Assembly (NCBI GenBank): GCA_963518035.1
Contig: CAUQIK010000004.1
Coordinates: 3,499-67,498 of the forward strand
Direction of reading: 5' to 3'
DNA from: an uncultured Streptococcus sp.
GTDB lineage: Bacteria; Bacillota; Bacilli; Lactobacillales; Streptococcaceae
Length of the DNA: 64,000 nucleotides
Position numbers and translations under genes: made by a program. Each line of letters starts with the position of its first letter. Positions within the stretch are counted from its first letter, which is position 1. The notes below the pieces were generated by a model. It was not told the DNA's origin. It saw only the letters and a program-made list of their open reading frames with translations, and made no database searches. Below, one piece after another: positions 42,624 to 54,321 of the stretch.

Positions 42624-43486
42624 TTGCTTAACTTGGCTCCTTTCAAGATTGTTTGCTTAAATGTTGGAATCATGAGGCAGACTGCTAAAATCACGGCACT
42701 GTACAAACGAAGGTAACTTGTATTAAAGCCAAGAGCGATAACTGCCCACACTAAGAATTGATAAGCGATAGAACCTACAACGATGGTAACCAGACGTTCT
42801 GCCAAGCTCAAACTCTTGAAGATAACTTCTCCAATAATCAAACTTGCAAGCCCCACAACGATGACACCAATTCCTCGAGATACATCGGCATACCCTTCTT
42901 GCTGGGCAATAAGAGCTCCTGCAAGTGCAATCACACCATTTGATAAAACCAAGCCCATGAGCTCCATGCGTCCAGTATGAATCCCGAAACTTCTAGCCAT
43001 ATCAGGATTGTCACCTGTAGCAATATAGGCTTGTCCGAGTTTGGTATCCAAGAAAAAGAGCATGAGAGCAATAACAAGACTGACAAAGATAAGACCTGTC
43101 AAGAGTTGGTTCAAATCTGAATCAAAAGGCAAAACATCCTGGATTTGCTTGGTTCCAAGCAATCCTAAATTTGCACGTCCCATAATCAAGAGCATGATAG
43201 AGTGACAGGAAGTCATCACCAAAATCCCTGAGAGCAAGGTTGGGATCTTCCCTTTTGTATAAAGAAGTCCTGCTGCCATTCCAGCCAAACAACCTGCTCC
43301 TACAGCAACAAGAGTCGCTAAAAATGGGTTCACTCCTTTGGTTATCAAAGTGACAGCAACAGCTCCCCCAAGAGGGAAGGAACCTTCTGTCGTCATATCT
43401 GGAAAGTTCAAAATCCTAAATGTCATAAAGATCCCCAGACCTAAAATAGCCCAGACAAATCCTTGAGAAATAATAGATAATATCAT
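42620..43486 (-). CDS. ABC transporter permease (Trp importer)
   Basis: Multi-TM; FPDMTTEGSF, ATGDN; start taken at MILSII. Confidence 0.9.
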   Translation of the reverse strand: MILSIISQGFVWAILGLGIFMTFRILNFPDMTTEGSFPLGGAVAVTLITKGVNPFLATLVAVGAGCLAGMAAGLLYTKGKIPTLLSGILVMTSCHSIMLLIMGRANLGLLGTKQIQDVLPFDSDLNQLLTGLIFVSLVIALMLFFLDTKLGQAYIATGDNPDMARSFGIHTGRMELMGLVLSNGVIALAGALIAQQEGYADVSRGIGVIVVGLASLIIGEVIFKSLSLAERLVTIVVGSIAYQFLVWAVIALGFNTSYLRLYSAVILAVCLMIPTFKQTILKGAKLSK

Positions 43487-43561
43487 CTGTTTCTTAACCT
43501 TTTCTATATGATTTCTATTGTAAAAAATTGGAGGAGATGTCCCCAACTCCTCCATTACAGA

Positions 43562-44557
43562 TTATTCAATCACTTGTCCTGCTTCTTTAAGAACAGATTC
43601 AGGAATCGTAATACCTAGCTCTTGTGCCAATTTTTTGTTAATTACTGACTTACCAGTTGAAAACACATTGACTGGAGTATCAGCTGGTTTAGCACCTTTC
43701 AAAACTTGCGCAATCATTTTACCTGTTGCCACACCAAGGTCATGTTGGTCAACTACAACGGATGCCAAACCACCAGCTTCTACCATGGCAGTCGCGCTTG
43801 GATAGATTGGCTTTTTAGCTGATTGATTGCTTGATACAACTGTTGAAAATGCAGATGCAATGGTGTTGTCGATTGGAACCCAGATAGCATCGACCTTACT
43901 AGTCATAACGTTAACTGTTGAAGCAATTTCATTTGTTGAAGGAACTGCAAATGTTTCCACTGTCAAACCTGCTTTTTCAGCATAAGCCTTAAATTCTTCT
44001 ACCTGTGTTTTTGAATTATCTTCGCTACTTGAGTAAAGGGCTCCGATTGTTTTTACATTTGGTGTAAGAGCCTTAATGAGTTCAACTTGTTGTTGAGCTG
44101 GATTGTGGTCAGATACCCCTGTAATGTTTCCACCTGGTTTTTTCAAATCTTTAACCAGGTTAGCACCGATTGGGTCTGTAATAGCAGCCATGATAACCGG
44201 TAGGTCTTTTGTGGCACTAGCCAAACCTTGAGCAGCTGGTGTCGCAATACCAACCACAAGGTCATTCCCATTTGCAACCAATTGTTTACTCATTGTCGCA
44301 ACCTTACTTTGGTCACCTTCTGAGTTCATAAAATCGATTTTAACTTGATCATCTTTATATCCTTCTTCTGCAAGTCCATCTTGGATTCCTTTATAAATCA
44401 AGTCAAGAGATGGATGACTCACAAACTGAAGGACACCAACTTTGGCAACTTTCTTCTCATTCTTAGCTTCTGATTTATTCATTGAAGAGTAAATCAAGCT
44501 TCCTGCTACTAAGACTGCTAAGGCAGCGATAATTCCAATTAAACGTTTATTTTTCAT
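43562..44557 (-). CDS. trpX: Tryptophan ABC transporter substrate-binding protein
   Basis: QFVSHPSLD, ITDP..GNITGVSD; upstream T-box with a Trp specifier. Confidence 0.85.
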   Translation of the reverse strand: MKNKRLIGIIAALAVLVAGSLIYSSMNKSEAKNEKKVAKVGVLQFVSHPSLDLIYKGIQDGLAEEGYKDDQVKIDFMNSEGDQSKVATMSKQLVANGNDLVVGIATPAAQGLASATKDLPVIMAAITDPIGANLVKDLKKPGGNITGVSDHNPAQQQVELIKALTPNVKTIGALYSSSEDNSKTQVEEFKAYAEKAGLTVETFAVPSTNEIASTVNVMTSKVDAIWVPIDNTIASAFSTVVSSNQSAKKPIYPSATAMVEAGGLASVVVDQHDLGVATGKMIAQVLKGAKPADTPVNVFSTGKSVINKKLAQELGITIPESVLKEAGQVIE

Positions 44558-44593
44558 TCTATTTCTCCTTTTTATTCCTTTAAAGTACTTCAC

Positions 44594-44629
44594 TTATCTA
44601 AACAAGCGACGCCATCGTTTTCTTTCCAT
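44594..44629 (-). CDS. Putative 11-aa small ORF MERKRWRRLFR
   Basis: GGAGG RBS with 6-nt spacing to ATG, between the T-box terminator and trpX. Confidence 0.4.
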   Translation of the reverse strand: MERKRWRRLFR

Positions 44630-44642
44630 ACTAACCTCCATC

Positions 44643-44880
44643 AAAAAAGTCCTCACACAAAAAACTTGTGTGAGGACGTCGATGCGCGGTACCACCTCAA
44701 TTATAGGGAATTTCCCTATCGCTCTGTCTCGCAATAACGAGATGCACTGTAAGGTGTGCTCACCGAATTTTTATGATTTCAAATTCTAAATAACATTCAG
44801 CCCAATTTTCATCATCATCACTTATCTGTTTTCAGCTACCACAGACTCTCTAAAAAGTTTAAATGATTACTTTTCTGAAT
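44643..44880 (-). promoter_or_regulatory. T-box riboswitch (Trp)
   Basis: T-box GGTGGTACCGCG at 44685-44696; terminator GTCCTCACACAA/TTGTGTGAGGAC plus T-run; AGAGA and GCTGAA stem-I motifs; candidate specifier TGG at 44802-44804. Confidence 0.9.
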
Positions 44881-44982
44881 GGTTAAATTATATCATTTTT
44901 CAACTACTTGTCAAGACTCTTTTAGCATTTTTTTAAACTATTCAAAAACTTCCCCTATAGAAAAGAGGAAGTTTGATAGGTA

Positions 44983-47679
44983 TCAGCCTGAATTACGCAA
45001 TCCTGTCGCAATTCCGTTGATGGTTGTATGGATTAATTTTTCTTGGTCGCTAGATAATTCTCCTCGGCGTTGACGTTTAATCAACTCCAACTGGATATAG
45101 TTAAGGATATTAAAGTAAGGCATACGGTAATCCAAACTTGCTTTTAGATATGGATTTTCAGCCAAGAGTTCGTCATAACCTTCGATAGCCAAGATAACTT
45201 CCTTGGTAACTTGCCATTCATTTAGAATAGTCTCATAGATTGCTTTGACTTCTTCATCCTCACACAGTTTGGCATATTCAAAAGCAATATTCATATTTGA
45301 TTTTGACAAGACCATATCAACATTTGAAAGAAGCGATTGGAAGAAAGGCCAGTTTTGGTACATATCTCGTAAGATAGCGATATTCTCTGGATTTTTATCG
45401 ATAAATTCCTTGAAGCTTGAACCAACCCCATACCATCCAGGGAACATGACGCGACTTTGCGACCATGAGAATACCCAAGGGATAGCTCGCAAACCACCGA
45501 TTTCAGTAATCGTCTTACGAGCGGCTGGACGAGAACCAATGTTAAAGCTTGAAATAGCCTTGATTGGACTTGACTCGAAGAAATAATCATAGAAATGATC
45601 ATTACCAAAGACCAAATCACGGTAGATATCGTAACTACGGTCCACTACTTGATCCATAATGGCTTCATAACGATTTGAGGTATTGGTATCACTCTTCTTC
45701 TGAGTAATCATACGGTTAATGGCTGCAGATACTAGCATTTCAAGGTTATAGTAGGCAGCGTCCTTGTTACCGTATTTATTTCCAATTACTTCACCCTGCT
45801 CCGTCAAGCGGATACGATCCTTGATAGACTTGAGCGGTTGAGATGTGATGGCTTCATAGGTTGGTCCACCACCACGACCGACAGTACCACCGCGACCATG
45901 GAAGAAGGTAACCTTAACGCCAAATTCATCTCCGATAGCAGTCAATTGTTGTTGAGCCTTGTAGAGAGTCCAACATGATGATAGGTAACCACCATCTTTA
46001 TTACTATCAGAGTAACCAAGCATGATTTCTTGGTAGTTATTACGTGAAGCAATCCATTTCTTGGCAAGGGGAAGAGAAAGGTATTCTCTCATGGTTTCTT
46101 CTGAGTGGTCCAAGTCCTCGATTGTTTCAAAGAGAGGTACAATTTGAACACGGGCTCTTTCTTTATCAACTAGACCTACTTCTTTTAGTAAGATAGCCAA
46201 TTCCAACATGTCTGATACGCTGGTTGCATGTGAAATGATAGTCTGACGAATGACATCATCCCCCAACTTATCTTTCAACTTACGAGCAGCCTTAAAGATT
46301 GCTAATTCTTTTTCAAGTAACTCTGATTTTTCAACATGAGTGGCAGAAAGAATACGTGGATCTTCCTCTAATTCTTTCAAGAGAAGCTGGCATTTTTCTT
46401 CTTCACTTAGTTCGCTATAACGAGAATGAATTCCTGCTGATTTCAAGAGTTCGGCCACACAAGCTTCATGAACACTAGAATCTTGACGCATGTCGATGGA
46501 TGCCAAATAGAAACCAAAAATTTCAACTGCCTGAATCAGCTCAACAAAATCACCAGAAATCAGTGCTTCACCCTTGTTTTCCAAGAGGGAATCACGAATG
46601 GTAATTAAATCTTTATAAAAATCATTAGCTGTTTCATAGCGAGCCCCAACTTCCTTATCCTCAATCAGATAGGTTTTTGTTGCTTTTATTTTTGATTGAA
46701 TATCAAACAAGGCACGACGGTAAAGCTCTTTTTCACGGTAGATAGAGTTATCCTTAGATTGACGAGCCATTTCTCTGACTTGCTTGCTCACATTGACAAT
46801 ACTGGTTGAGAGGGAGAATTCACGATAAAGTTGGTAAATCTTTTCATCATAGTAGTTCATGATGACTTCACACTGAGTCATAGCAGATTGTTTCAAGGTA
46901 TCTGCTGTAACAAAAGGATTCCCATCACGGTCTCCACCAATCCACATTCCCATGGTAATTGGTTTAGGATGTTTCAACTCCAGTCCATGTTTTTTAGCCA
47001 GACGCTTGTACTCAGCAGTCAAATGAGGAACTGCCTTCAGGAATGAACTATTGTAGTATTCCATAACATTCGTGATTTCATTGGTAACTTTCAATTTCTT
47101 TTCACGAATCATGTCTGTCTGCATGATAATCTCAATGTAACGACGGAGATCATTATGCCATTTTTCCTTATTAATCAAGCCTAATTTCACATCACGATAC
47201 TTACGCAAAAGGGTATGGATATGATTGGTCAAATCCAACATACTCTTACGTTGTACTTGTGTTGGATGGGCTGTCAAAACAGGGACAACATTCAAGTGTT
47301 CTAGAATTTCAACCGCATTGTCTTTTTCTGCAACCATTTTGATTGTTGCTGATAATTTCCCAAGATAATCTTGATCAATATTATTTTGGTGGTTGATTTC
47401 ATAGGCCAAATCCACATCTTCTGAAATATTAATCAAGAGGGGCAAGATAGAGAAATAGCGTGAAATATAAGCCATTTCATCATTTGACAGACTAGTAACC
47501 AGTTGGTTCAAGCCTTGATAATCTTCTTGAGTTGATAATTCTTTCAACTCCATGATTTTTGCAAAAGTCTCTGGGGCAAGCATATTTTTAGTGATATCTT
47601 CTAACAATTCTGTTAAAATCAATACTTCTTCTTGCACGACAGCTTTATTACTATAGTTTTCTAATTTTTGAAGAGACAT
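44983..47679 (-). CDS. ppc: Phosphoenolpyruvate carboxylase
   Basis: [42 protein letters not shown]-terminal GLRNSG. Confidence 0.98.
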   Translation of the reverse strand: MSLQKLENYSNKAVVQEEVLILTELLEDITKNMLAPETFAKIMELKELSTQEDYQGLNQLVTSLSNDEMAYISRYFSILPLLINISEDVDLAYEINHQNNIDQDYLGKLSATIKMVAEKDNAVEILEHLNVVPVLTAHPTQVQRKSMLDLTNHIHTLLRKYRDVKLGLINKEKWHNDLRRYIEIIMQTDMIREKKLKVTNEITNVMEYYNSSFLKAVPHLTAEYKRLAKKHGLELKHPKPITMGMWIGGDRDGNPFVTADTLKQSAMTQCEVIMNYYDEKIYQLYREFSLSTSIVNVSKQVREMARQSKDNSIYREKELYRRALFDIQSKIKATKTYLIEDKEVGARYETANDFYKDLITIRDSLLENKGEALISGDFVELIQAVEIFGFYLASIDMRQDSSVHEACVAELLKSAGIHSRYSELSEEEKCQLLLKELEEDPRILSATHVEKSELLEKELAIFKAARKLKDKLGDDVIRQTIISHATSVSDMLELAILLKEVGLVDKERARVQIVPLFETIEDLDHSEETMREYLSLPLAKKWIASRNNYQEIMLGYSDSNKDGGYLSSCWTLYKAQQQLTAIGDEFGVKVTFFHGRGGTVGRGGGPTYEAITSQPLKSIKDRIRLTEQGEVIGNKYGNKDAAYYNLEMLVSAAINRMITQKKSDTNTSNRYEAIMDQVVDRSYDIYRDLVFGNDHFYDYFFESSPIKAISSFNIGSRPAARKTITEIGGLRAIPWVFSWSQSRVMFPGWYGVGSSFKEFIDKNPENIAILRDMYQNWPFFQSLLSNVDMVLSKSNMNIAFEYAKLCEDEEVKAIYETILNEWQVTKEVILAIEGYDELLAENPYLKASLDYRMPYFNILNYIQLELIKRQRRGELSSDQEKLIHTTINGIATGLRNSG

Positions 47680-47703
47680 AGGTCATCCTTTCCACTATCA
47701 ACT

Positions 47704-48927
47704 CTACATATAGTTTGATGAGTGAGTTTCTAACTCCTCATATAATTGAGCACGTTTTTCACTTGCATCAATATTTAAGACAAAGGCGATGGCTACAGAC
47801 AAGACTAGGAGACTGTTCCCTCCTTGTGATAGGAAGGGGAAGGTTACTCCTGTCGAAGGAATAATGCCAGAAATTCCACCGATATTGACAAATACCTGTA
47901 CCAGCATCATCCCCCCAACCCCAATCGCCATCATGGAATTAAAGGGATTCTTAGCACGAATACCGACTAGGATAATTCGTAAAATCAGGAAAAAGACAAG
48001 TGCTAAAATCAAGCTGGCTCCTACAAATCCAAACTCTTCAATAACAATTGAAAATACAAAGTCTGTATGGGCCTCTGGTAAATAACCACGTTTTTCGATT
48101 GAATTTCCTAAACCTAGACCAAACCAGCCACCATTTACCATGGCAAAGTAGGAATTTGCAAGTTGGTGGCCTGCTCCTGCCAAATCAGCAAAGGGATTAA
48201 AGTAGGCACTGAAACGCTTGGCAACGTAACCAAATACTGGAACTTTTGAAAACTTATCAACCCCGATCATAGAAATAGCTGATAGAGATAGGGCTGAAAC
48301 TCCAAACAATATACCAATAAATGCTATAAACCAACGATGAGCAATCCCACTGACTGTATACATAATCAAGGCAACCAGAGCTAGGATAGTCGCATTACCC
48401 AAATCTGGGAAAATAGCCAAACTTCCTATCATGACTAATAGGACAAAGCGCCAATCATTAAAAGCTCGAGGAATCCATTGATTTTGAGTTAAAACTTGAA
48501 AATCATAAATACCAATTTCATCCTGTTGTTTTGAAAAACGTTGGGCCAAGTACCAGACGATGATAATCTTCAAATACTCCGCTGGCTGAATGGTCAAAGG
48601 TCCTACTGAAATCCAACCATAGGCTCCATTGACTGGCGTACCAATTAACCGAGCCAGAGCTAAGAGAATCAGCTCAACAAACATAACAATAAATAAGAGT
48701 CGTTCTTTTCTTAAAAAATTCAGTTTCAGCTTATATATCAAGGCAATCAATATTAAACTAAATATCCAAAACATTCCCTGACTTCGAACCAATTGGAGGG
48801 CACTTTTACCTTCTTCGATAAGAATGGCACTGGTTGTAGAATAGACTACAATCAAGCCCAAAATAGATAAAAGTAAGTAAGGAACTAGAATAGAATAGTT
48901 TAATAGGTGCCTCTTACTAATCTTCAT
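47704..48927 (-). CDS. ftsW: SEDS family peptidoglycan polymerase FtsW
   Basis: IQPAEYLK, GYLPEAHTDFVF, TGVTFPFLSQGG; upstream of ppc. Confidence 0.9.
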   Translation of the reverse strand: MKISKRHLLNYSILVPYLLLSILGLIVVYSTTSAILIEEGKSALQLVRSQGMFWIFSLILIALIYKLKLNFLRKERLLFIVMFVELILLALARLIGTPVNGAYGWISVGPLTIQPAEYLKIIIVWYLAQRFSKQQDEIGIYDFQVLTQNQWIPRAFNDWRFVLLVMIGSLAIFPDLGNATILALVALIMYTVSGIAHRWFIAFIGILFGVSALSLSAISMIGVDKFSKVPVFGYVAKRFSAYFNPFADLAGAGHQLANSYFAMVNGGWFGLGLGNSIEKRGYLPEAHTDFVFSIVIEEFGFVGASLILALVFFLILRIILVGIRAKNPFNSMMAIGVGGMMLVQVFVNIGGISGIIPSTGVTFPFLSQGGNSLLVLSVAIAFVLNIDASEKRAQLYEELETHSSNYM

Positions 48928-49087
48928 AGTATCACCAATCTAATGAGAACAAAAGAAATTATTCCCAAATTCCGTTTATTTTCTAGTTTTGATTGCTATT
49001 ATACCATTTTTTCCGAAAGAAAAAAACTCTTACCCTTAAGATAGAAGATTTTCTCATAAGAAAAAGAGCGCTTGGCTCTTTTCTGTT

Positions 49088-50026
49088 TTATTCTTTTGAG
49101 GAACTGCTTGAGCTTGAATCTCCACCACCGATATATTGGGTAAAGATATTTTGGAAGGCCTGGTCTTTAACCTTGATATTGGCTGCTTGCAATTCTTTTC
49201 CGATAATACTTTGAACAAATGATGCGTCGTTTTGTTTTTGAGTTAAGATAACAGTTTTTAATTTTTCTTTGTAATCGTCAATATTAGATGATTTTTCTGT
49301 TTTCTTAATCAGTTTAACAATGTAATATTGACTGCTGTAGGCTTGTGTTCCAGTAACGCTAATCACATCAGAAATACCGTTTACATCTAACGCAAAAGCA
49401 GCTTTTTTAACTTGTTCTGGTACTTCTGTTGAAGCAGAGTCAAAAGTGATTTCTCCACCATTCGCTTTAGTTTTCTCATCTGTTGAATTATCTTTGGCTA
49501 ATTGAGCAAAGTCTGCATCACTAGCTTTGGCTTTTTCAAGAATTTCTTTAGCTTTGTCTTCATTGTCCAAACGGATAATTTGAGCAGTCACGTCTGGAGT
49601 GTACTCGTCAAAGGCCTTCTTATAAGCATCATCTGTCAATTCAGCTTCTGCTGCTTTCTTAACTGCCAACTCAACCAATTTACTTGTACGAATTTGAGCT
49701 TTACGTGTTTCAAGAGTCATTCCTGCTTGTGACAAGACACGTTGATAGTTTTCACCATATTGTTTTTCTTCTTCGGCAATAGTGTCGTTGACTTCTTTGT
49801 CATCTACTTCTGAACCGTATTGTTTCTCAAATACTTTTTGGATAGTCAAGTTCAACAACACTTGTTGGGCTGAAGGATTGCTTTTCACTTGCTCATAAAA
49901 TTGATGTTCTGTGATGACATCCCCTTTCATGCTGATAAGATCCGCTCCTTCTGAACCTTTCGAACAAGCTGCTAAAGTTGCTACTGATAATAGTGTAATG
50001 GCACCTGCCAATAGTTTTTTCTTCAT
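49088..50026 (-). CDS. prsA: Foldase lipoprotein PrsA (PpmA)
   Basis: Lipobox LAAC; parvulin-like DFAQLAKDNSTD..GGEI. Confidence 0.93.
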   Translation of the reverse strand: MKKKLLAGAITLLSVATLAACSKGSEGADLISMKGDVITEHQFYEQVKSNPSAQQVLLNLTIQKVFEKQYGSEVDDKEVNDTIAEEEKQYGENYQRVLSQAGMTLETRKAQIRTSKLVELAVKKAAEAELTDDAYKKAFDEYTPDVTAQIIRLDNEDKAKEILEKAKASDADFAQLAKDNSTDEKTKANGGEITFDSASTEVPEQVKKAAFALDVNGISDVISVTGTQAYSSQYYIVKLIKKTEKSSNIDDYKEKLKTVILTQKQNDASFVQSIIGKELQAANIKVKDQAFQNIFTQYIGGGDSSSSSSSKE

Positions 50027-50092
50027 GTCTACTCCTTTGAGATAAGTGTTACTCTATCTATTTTACTATATTTTCTTAAATTTTTCTGAAAA

Positions 50093-50806
50093 TCATTCGC
50101 TGTCAGGCAATTGAACATCTGCTACATTTTTACGAAGCATGAGAATGCCGTCCCCCAGAGGTACTAATGTTGCGGTGAGTCCTGGATTGTCTAAGGTTGC
50201 ATCAAATAGTCTTTGAAGGCCTCTGTAAATAGTTCGCTGGCCACGACGGACTTCCATAATGTCCTTGGCAACATCACCACCTTGGAAAATATCATCCAAG
50301 ACAACCACACCTCCAACGTCCAAATGTTTGAGGATTTCTGGCAGAAAGACGATGTATTTAGACTTGGCTGAATCCATAAAGACAAAATCATAGGACTCTG
50401 TCAAGGTAGATAAGACATCTACCGCATCTCCTTCTAGGAGCGTAATTTGCTTGCGACTGTCAAACTGGGCGAAATTTTCCTTGGCAAATCCAATCATTTC
50501 TGGATTGCGGTCAATGGTTGTAATCTTAGAATTTGGCGCATGTTCAGCCATCAAGAGGGCTGAAAAACCGATAGCCGTCCCAATTTCCAGAATATTTTTA
50601 GGTTGCATGGTTTCCATGAGAAAACGGAAATAAGCAACCGTTTCATGGGGAATAATGGGAATATTTTCCTTGCGAGCAAAGTCTTCCAACTCTTTCAAAG
50701 AACCTGTAACTTGCTTTTGGCGCTGACGCATCAAGTCCACAATTTCTTCCTTGACAACAGGGCGACGCATGTTATGGTTGGCATTCTTACTATACGATTC
50801 AACCAT
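50093..50806 (-). CDS. SAM-dependent O-methyltransferase (TrmR-like)
   Basis: ILEIGTAIGFS, YDFVFMDSAK. Confidence 0.88.
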   Translation of the reverse strand: MVESYSKNANHNMRRPVVKEEIVDLMRQRQKQVTGSLKELEDFARKENIPIIPHETVAYFRFLMETMQPKNILEIGTAIGFSALLMAEHAPNSKITTIDRNPEMIGFAKENFAQFDSRKQITLLEGDAVDVLSTLTESYDFVFMDSAKSKYIVFLPEILKHLDVGGVVVLDDIFQGGDVAKDIMEVRRGQRTIYRGLQRLFDATLDNPGLTATLVPLGDGILMLRKNVADVQLPDSE

Positions 50807-50807
50807 C

Positions 50808-52610
50808 TTATGCCAATCCTAATTTTTCAACAAGGGCTTCAAACTCATTTAAACGGCGTTCAAAGACTGCAAAGGCATCGTTGAGGTAGTCTTCCTTCTC
50901 CATATCAACACCAGCTTTTCTCATGACATTGAGTGGGTAGTCAGATTTACCAGCCTTGAGGTAGTCGATATAGCGGTCACGGTCTTCTTGACTACCATGG
51001 ACAATCTTTTCAGCCAAGGCTGAGGCTGCTGCAAAACCTGTTGAATATTGGTATACATAGTAGTTATAGTAGAAGTGTGGAATGCGTGCCCACTCGTATT
51101 GGATTTCAGGATTGTCTTCCTTACTCAAACCATAATACTCTTGGTTCAAGTCTGCGTACAGTTTATTTAAGAAATCGCTTGTCAAGACTTCACCATTTTG
51201 ATCCGCTTGGTGAATCGCGTGTTCAAACTCAGCAAATTGAGTTTGGCGGAAAACTGTTCCACGGAAACCGTCTAGGAAGTTATTGAGAATAGCAAAGCGC
51301 GTTGCGTCGTCTTCCACTTCTTCCAATAATTTCTCCGTTAAGATATTCTCATTGGTTGTTGAAGCAATCTCAGCCAAGAAGATAGAATAATCTCCGTAAA
51401 CATAAGGCTGCGTTTCACGAGTATAGCTGGAATGCATACTATGACCTGTTTCATGAACAAGAGTAAAGAGATTGTCTAAATTGTCCTGCCAGTTAAGAAG
51501 CATAAAGGCATTTGTATCGTAAGAACCACCAGAGTAGGCACCTGAACGCTTGCCTTGATTTTCATAAACATCAATCCAACGCTCACTGAAGGCACATTTA
51601 ACACGGCTCAAGTAATCCTCACCCAAGACTGACAAAGCATCTTCTGCCTTTTTCAAGGCTTCTTGGTAGGTAAAACTGTATTCAACAGAAGAAAGTGGTG
51701 TGTAGACATCGTACATCTTGAGGTCTGAAATTCCCAAGATTTTTGAACGAAGTTCAAGGTAACGATGCAAGAGTGGCAAATGCTTGCGAACTGCTGCTAC
51801 CAAATTGTCATAAACACTCTCTGGAACAAAATTCGCTGCGAGAGCTGCATGACGAGCACTCTTATAGTTGCGAACTTTGGCACGGTAGTTTTGCACCTTA
51901 ACATTGGTTTGCAAGGTTTTGGCATAGGTATGTTGGAATTGTTCATAAGTCGCATAAAGAGCTTGATAGGCACCACGACGCACCTCACGATTTTTAGACT
52001 CCATCAAACGTGTATAAGTCCCATGAGATAGCTGAACTTCCTTACCATCATCGTCAAGAACATAAGGGAACACAATATCCGCATTGTCCAAGATAGCGAA
52101 GGTTTCACTTGCTGAACCAAAGATTTCCCCAGCTCCAGCCAATAATTCTTCTTCACGTTGTGAAAGAACGTGTTCCTTACCTTGCAAAAGCTTGTCAAAA
52201 TAGTGTTGATAAACCTGCAATTTTGGCTGAGCTTCTAAAAAGTCAGCATACTGCTTTTCACTAATTTCCATAAATTCAGGTTCATAGAATGAAAAAGCTT
52301 GATCTAGCTGACTGTAGAGAGTCATTGCTTTGGCATAGTACTCTTGGTACTTGGCTTCACGTGTGTCTTGGTCATTCTTCATATGAGCATAAACGTAAAG
52401 CTTCTCCATTTGGCGTTCCATTTCAAGAGAAAATTCAGTAATTTCGAGTAGGCTATCCGCACTATCCAAGAGATGATCTTCATACTGGGCTACTGTCTCC
52501 AGTTGTTTTGTTAAATCTTTTAAAGCTTCTTCCCAAGCCTGGTCAGTTGGGTAAATCGTTGATAGATCCCATGTATCTTTTTCATTTATTTCATGTCTTT
52601 GTAATACCAT
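50808..52610 (-). CDS. pepF: Oligoendopeptidase F (M3B)
   Basis: [13 protein letters not shown] zinc motif, [14 protein letters not shown]. Confidence 0.95.
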   Translation of the reverse strand: MVLQRHEINEKDTWDLSTIYPTDQAWEEALKDLTKQLETVAQYEDHLLDSADSLLEITEFSLEMERQMEKLYVYAHMKNDQDTREAKYQEYYAKAMTLYSQLDQAFSFYEPEFMEISEKQYADFLEAQPKLQVYQHYFDKLLQGKEHVLSQREEELLAGAGEIFGSASETFAILDNADIVFPYVLDDDGKEVQLSHGTYTRLMESKNREVRRGAYQALYATYEQFQHTYAKTLQTNVKVQNYRAKVRNYKSARHAALAANFVPESVYDNLVAAVRKHLPLLHRYLELRSKILGISDLKMYDVYTPLSSVEYSFTYQEALKKAEDALSVLGEDYLSRVKCAFSERWIDVYENQGKRSGAYSGGSYDTNAFMLLNWQDNLDNLFTLVHETGHSMHSSYTRETQPYVYGDYSIFLAEIASTTNENILTEKLLEEVEDDATRFAILNNFLDGFRGTVFRQTQFAEFEHAIHQADQNGEVLTSDFLNKLYADLNQEYYGLSKEDNPEIQYEWARIPHFYYNYYVYQYSTGFAAASALAEKIVHGSQEDRDRYIDYLKAGKSDYPLNVMRKAGVDMEKEDYLNDAFAVFERRLNEFEALVEKLGLA

Positions 52611-52628
52611 TAGATTCCTCCATCCTTT

Positions 52629-53582
52629 CTATTCTACCATATTTTTCAAGAAATATTGCTGATAAAAGGCTGGTGGATAAAGCTTTTGCCAATCATTTTG
52701 AGGATTTTCTTGGTAATAGGTTTGAAAATACTGATAATAGCGAGTCAAATCTTTCTCAATTTGGCAAAACTCACCTACTAGCGGTCGAATTTGTGGATAC
52801 CATTCTTTTAGCCCATAAGTCAGGAGATTTTCTCCCTTTTGATAGACTTCTGCTTGTTCTTTCATCCAAAAGGGATTTTGATAATACAGTTGTTGCTGGA
52901 TATAGCGACAGATGTCCTTGTCTTGGAAAACTGTAAAATGAGATATTTTTTGTTTCTTATAAGGAAGGCGTAATATCTCCAGTAGACTATCTTGTCCATA
53001 GGGAAATTCCTTGATTTGATAATAGAGTCTGCCTCGGAGATCTTGGTGAATCAGGTATTTGAGTCTTAAAAGCTGTTTTTCCTTGTCCAATTCCCAAACA
53101 TAAAATCCCATGTTTTGACTAAAATAGAGAAAACCTTGTTGCAGACGAGTCAAACGCTCCTTGAGCCAAAGTTTTTCTCCCAGTAACCACAGTACTTGGT
53201 AACCCTGACTACGATAGCCCTCACTACGCTCTTTAAGAAGTTTCTGTGGCAAGGGACTACACTGAACTTCTAGAGCAAGATGGCCATTTACAAATACATC
53301 CGCAATCTGTTTAAGCTCTGGAAGAGGGTATTCTAATTGCACTTCTGCATCTTTTTTCAACCAGTGATAAAGTGATTCTTTATTTGTCAAGTGTTCTAGA
53401 CTTTCATTTTCAGAGGAATAATCACAGTCTTTTAGGGATTTGTGTGCAAAATGGGTTCGGACACTTGTTCCTTTCCGCAAACGGAGCTGACCTCCACAAG
53501 CTGGGCAGGTGTATTCTTCCTTCTCAAGCTTATCCTCTAACACATTTACCAATTCTCCACTAGCATTTCTCGCAACAAACAT
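52629..53582 (-). CDS. coiA: Competence protein CoiA
   Basis: CPAC..HFAH, IADVFV..ALEVQCS; upstream combox. Confidence 0.92.
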   Translation of the reverse strand: MFVARNASGELVNVLEDKLEKEEYTCPACGGQLRLRKGTSVRTHFAHKSLKDCDYSSENESLEHLTNKESLYHWLKKDAEVQLEYPLPELKQIADVFVNGHLALEVQCSPLPQKLLKERSEGYRSQGYQVLWLLGEKLWLKERLTRLQQGFLYFSQNMGFYVWELDKEKQLLRLKYLIHQDLRGRLYYQIKEFPYGQDSLLEILRLPYKKQKISHFTVFQDKDICRYIQQQLYYQNPFWMKEQAEVYQKGENLLTYGLKEWYPQIRPLVGEFCQIEKDLTRYYQYFQTYYQENPQNDWQKLYPPAFYQQYFLKNMVE

Positions 53583-53603
53583 GATTTCCCTCCTTTTCTA
53601 TAT

Positions 53604-53648
53604 TATTCGTAAAAAAGAAAAAAGATCAGGAAATTTCCTAATCTTCAT
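53604..53648 (-). promoter_or_regulatory. ComX (SigX) box of coiA preceded by a terminator hairpin/T-tract (repeat copy 1)
   Basis: TACGAATA at 53604-53611 on the minus strand, with an upstream T-rich tract. Confidence 0.85.
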
Positions 53649-53660
53649 CACTCTATAATT

Positions 53661-54038
53661 TTAGAGTTGCAAGCGACTTTCAAGAGCTTGTGTCAAGACT
53701 TCAGAATAGTTCACTTTCTCACGATCTGCTAGTCTGACTAGCCACTCTGGAACCGTAACATTTTTTCGAATCGCTTTATTATTCTTTACGAAAGGCAAGG
53801 GATTGACCTGAATCAAAGTCACAAATCCATCAGGAGCTTTCAACTCAGCAATGTCACTAGGAGTAGGCAAAGCCAGGCCTTCATCAATATAAGAAGCTAA
53901 AACACTCTCAAGCATTTCCCTAGCATTTTTCATTGCAAGTTCAATCGTTGCTCCTTCAGTCCCGCCTCCAAATTCAGGAAATTCAACCCAGTATCCAGTT
54001 ACTTCTCTATGAAAAATAGCAGGATAAGATTTTAGCAT
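53661..54038 (-). CDS. hicB: HicB family antitoxin
   Basis: YPAIFH..YWVEFPEF...TEGATIELAMKNAREML, LPTPS, C-terminal KNVTVPEWL..VNYSEVL; GGAGG RBS. Confidence 0.9.
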   Translation of the reverse strand: MLKSYPAIFHREVTGYWVEFPEFGGGTEGATIELAMKNAREMLESVLASYIDEGLALPTPSDIAELKAPDGFVTLIQVNPLPFVKNNKAIRKNVTVPEWLVRLADREKVNYSEVLTQALESRLQL

Positions 54039-54065
54039 AATACACCTCCACAATTTCCAAATCAA

Positions 54066-54254
54066 CTATAATCCCAAATCTTTTAATATTTTTCTCTCTA
54101 AACCTTTTCCTAGATCCTCATTAACGTGAACTGGAATAGTGACAAGATAGGGAACCCCTTCTTTCTTGAAATGATGATGACTTCCTCTCTTACGAACTTC
54201 AATCCATCCATTTGCAAGAGCTAATTTTACCATTTCCTTACCTGTTATTGGCAT
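54066..54254 (-). CDS. hicA: HicA family mRNA interferase toxin
   Basis: 62 aa, basic, GW.EVRKRGSHHHFKK, VTIPVH..DLGKG..KILK. Confidence 0.9.
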   Translation of the reverse strand: MPITGKEMVKLALANGWIEVRKRGSHHHFKKEGVPYLVTIPVHVNEDLGKGLERKILKDLGL

Positions 54255-54277
54255 TCATGGTCACCTTTCTAGCTAAA

Positions 54278-54306
54278 ATTATACTTATAATGCGTATTTT
54301 TGTCAA
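54278..54306 (-). promoter_or_regulatory. Consensus SigA promoter of hicAB
   Basis: TTGACA (54301-54306) - 17 bp - TATAAT (54278-54283). Confidence 0.85.
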
Positions 54307-54321
54307 TTCTTCTATCTTATC

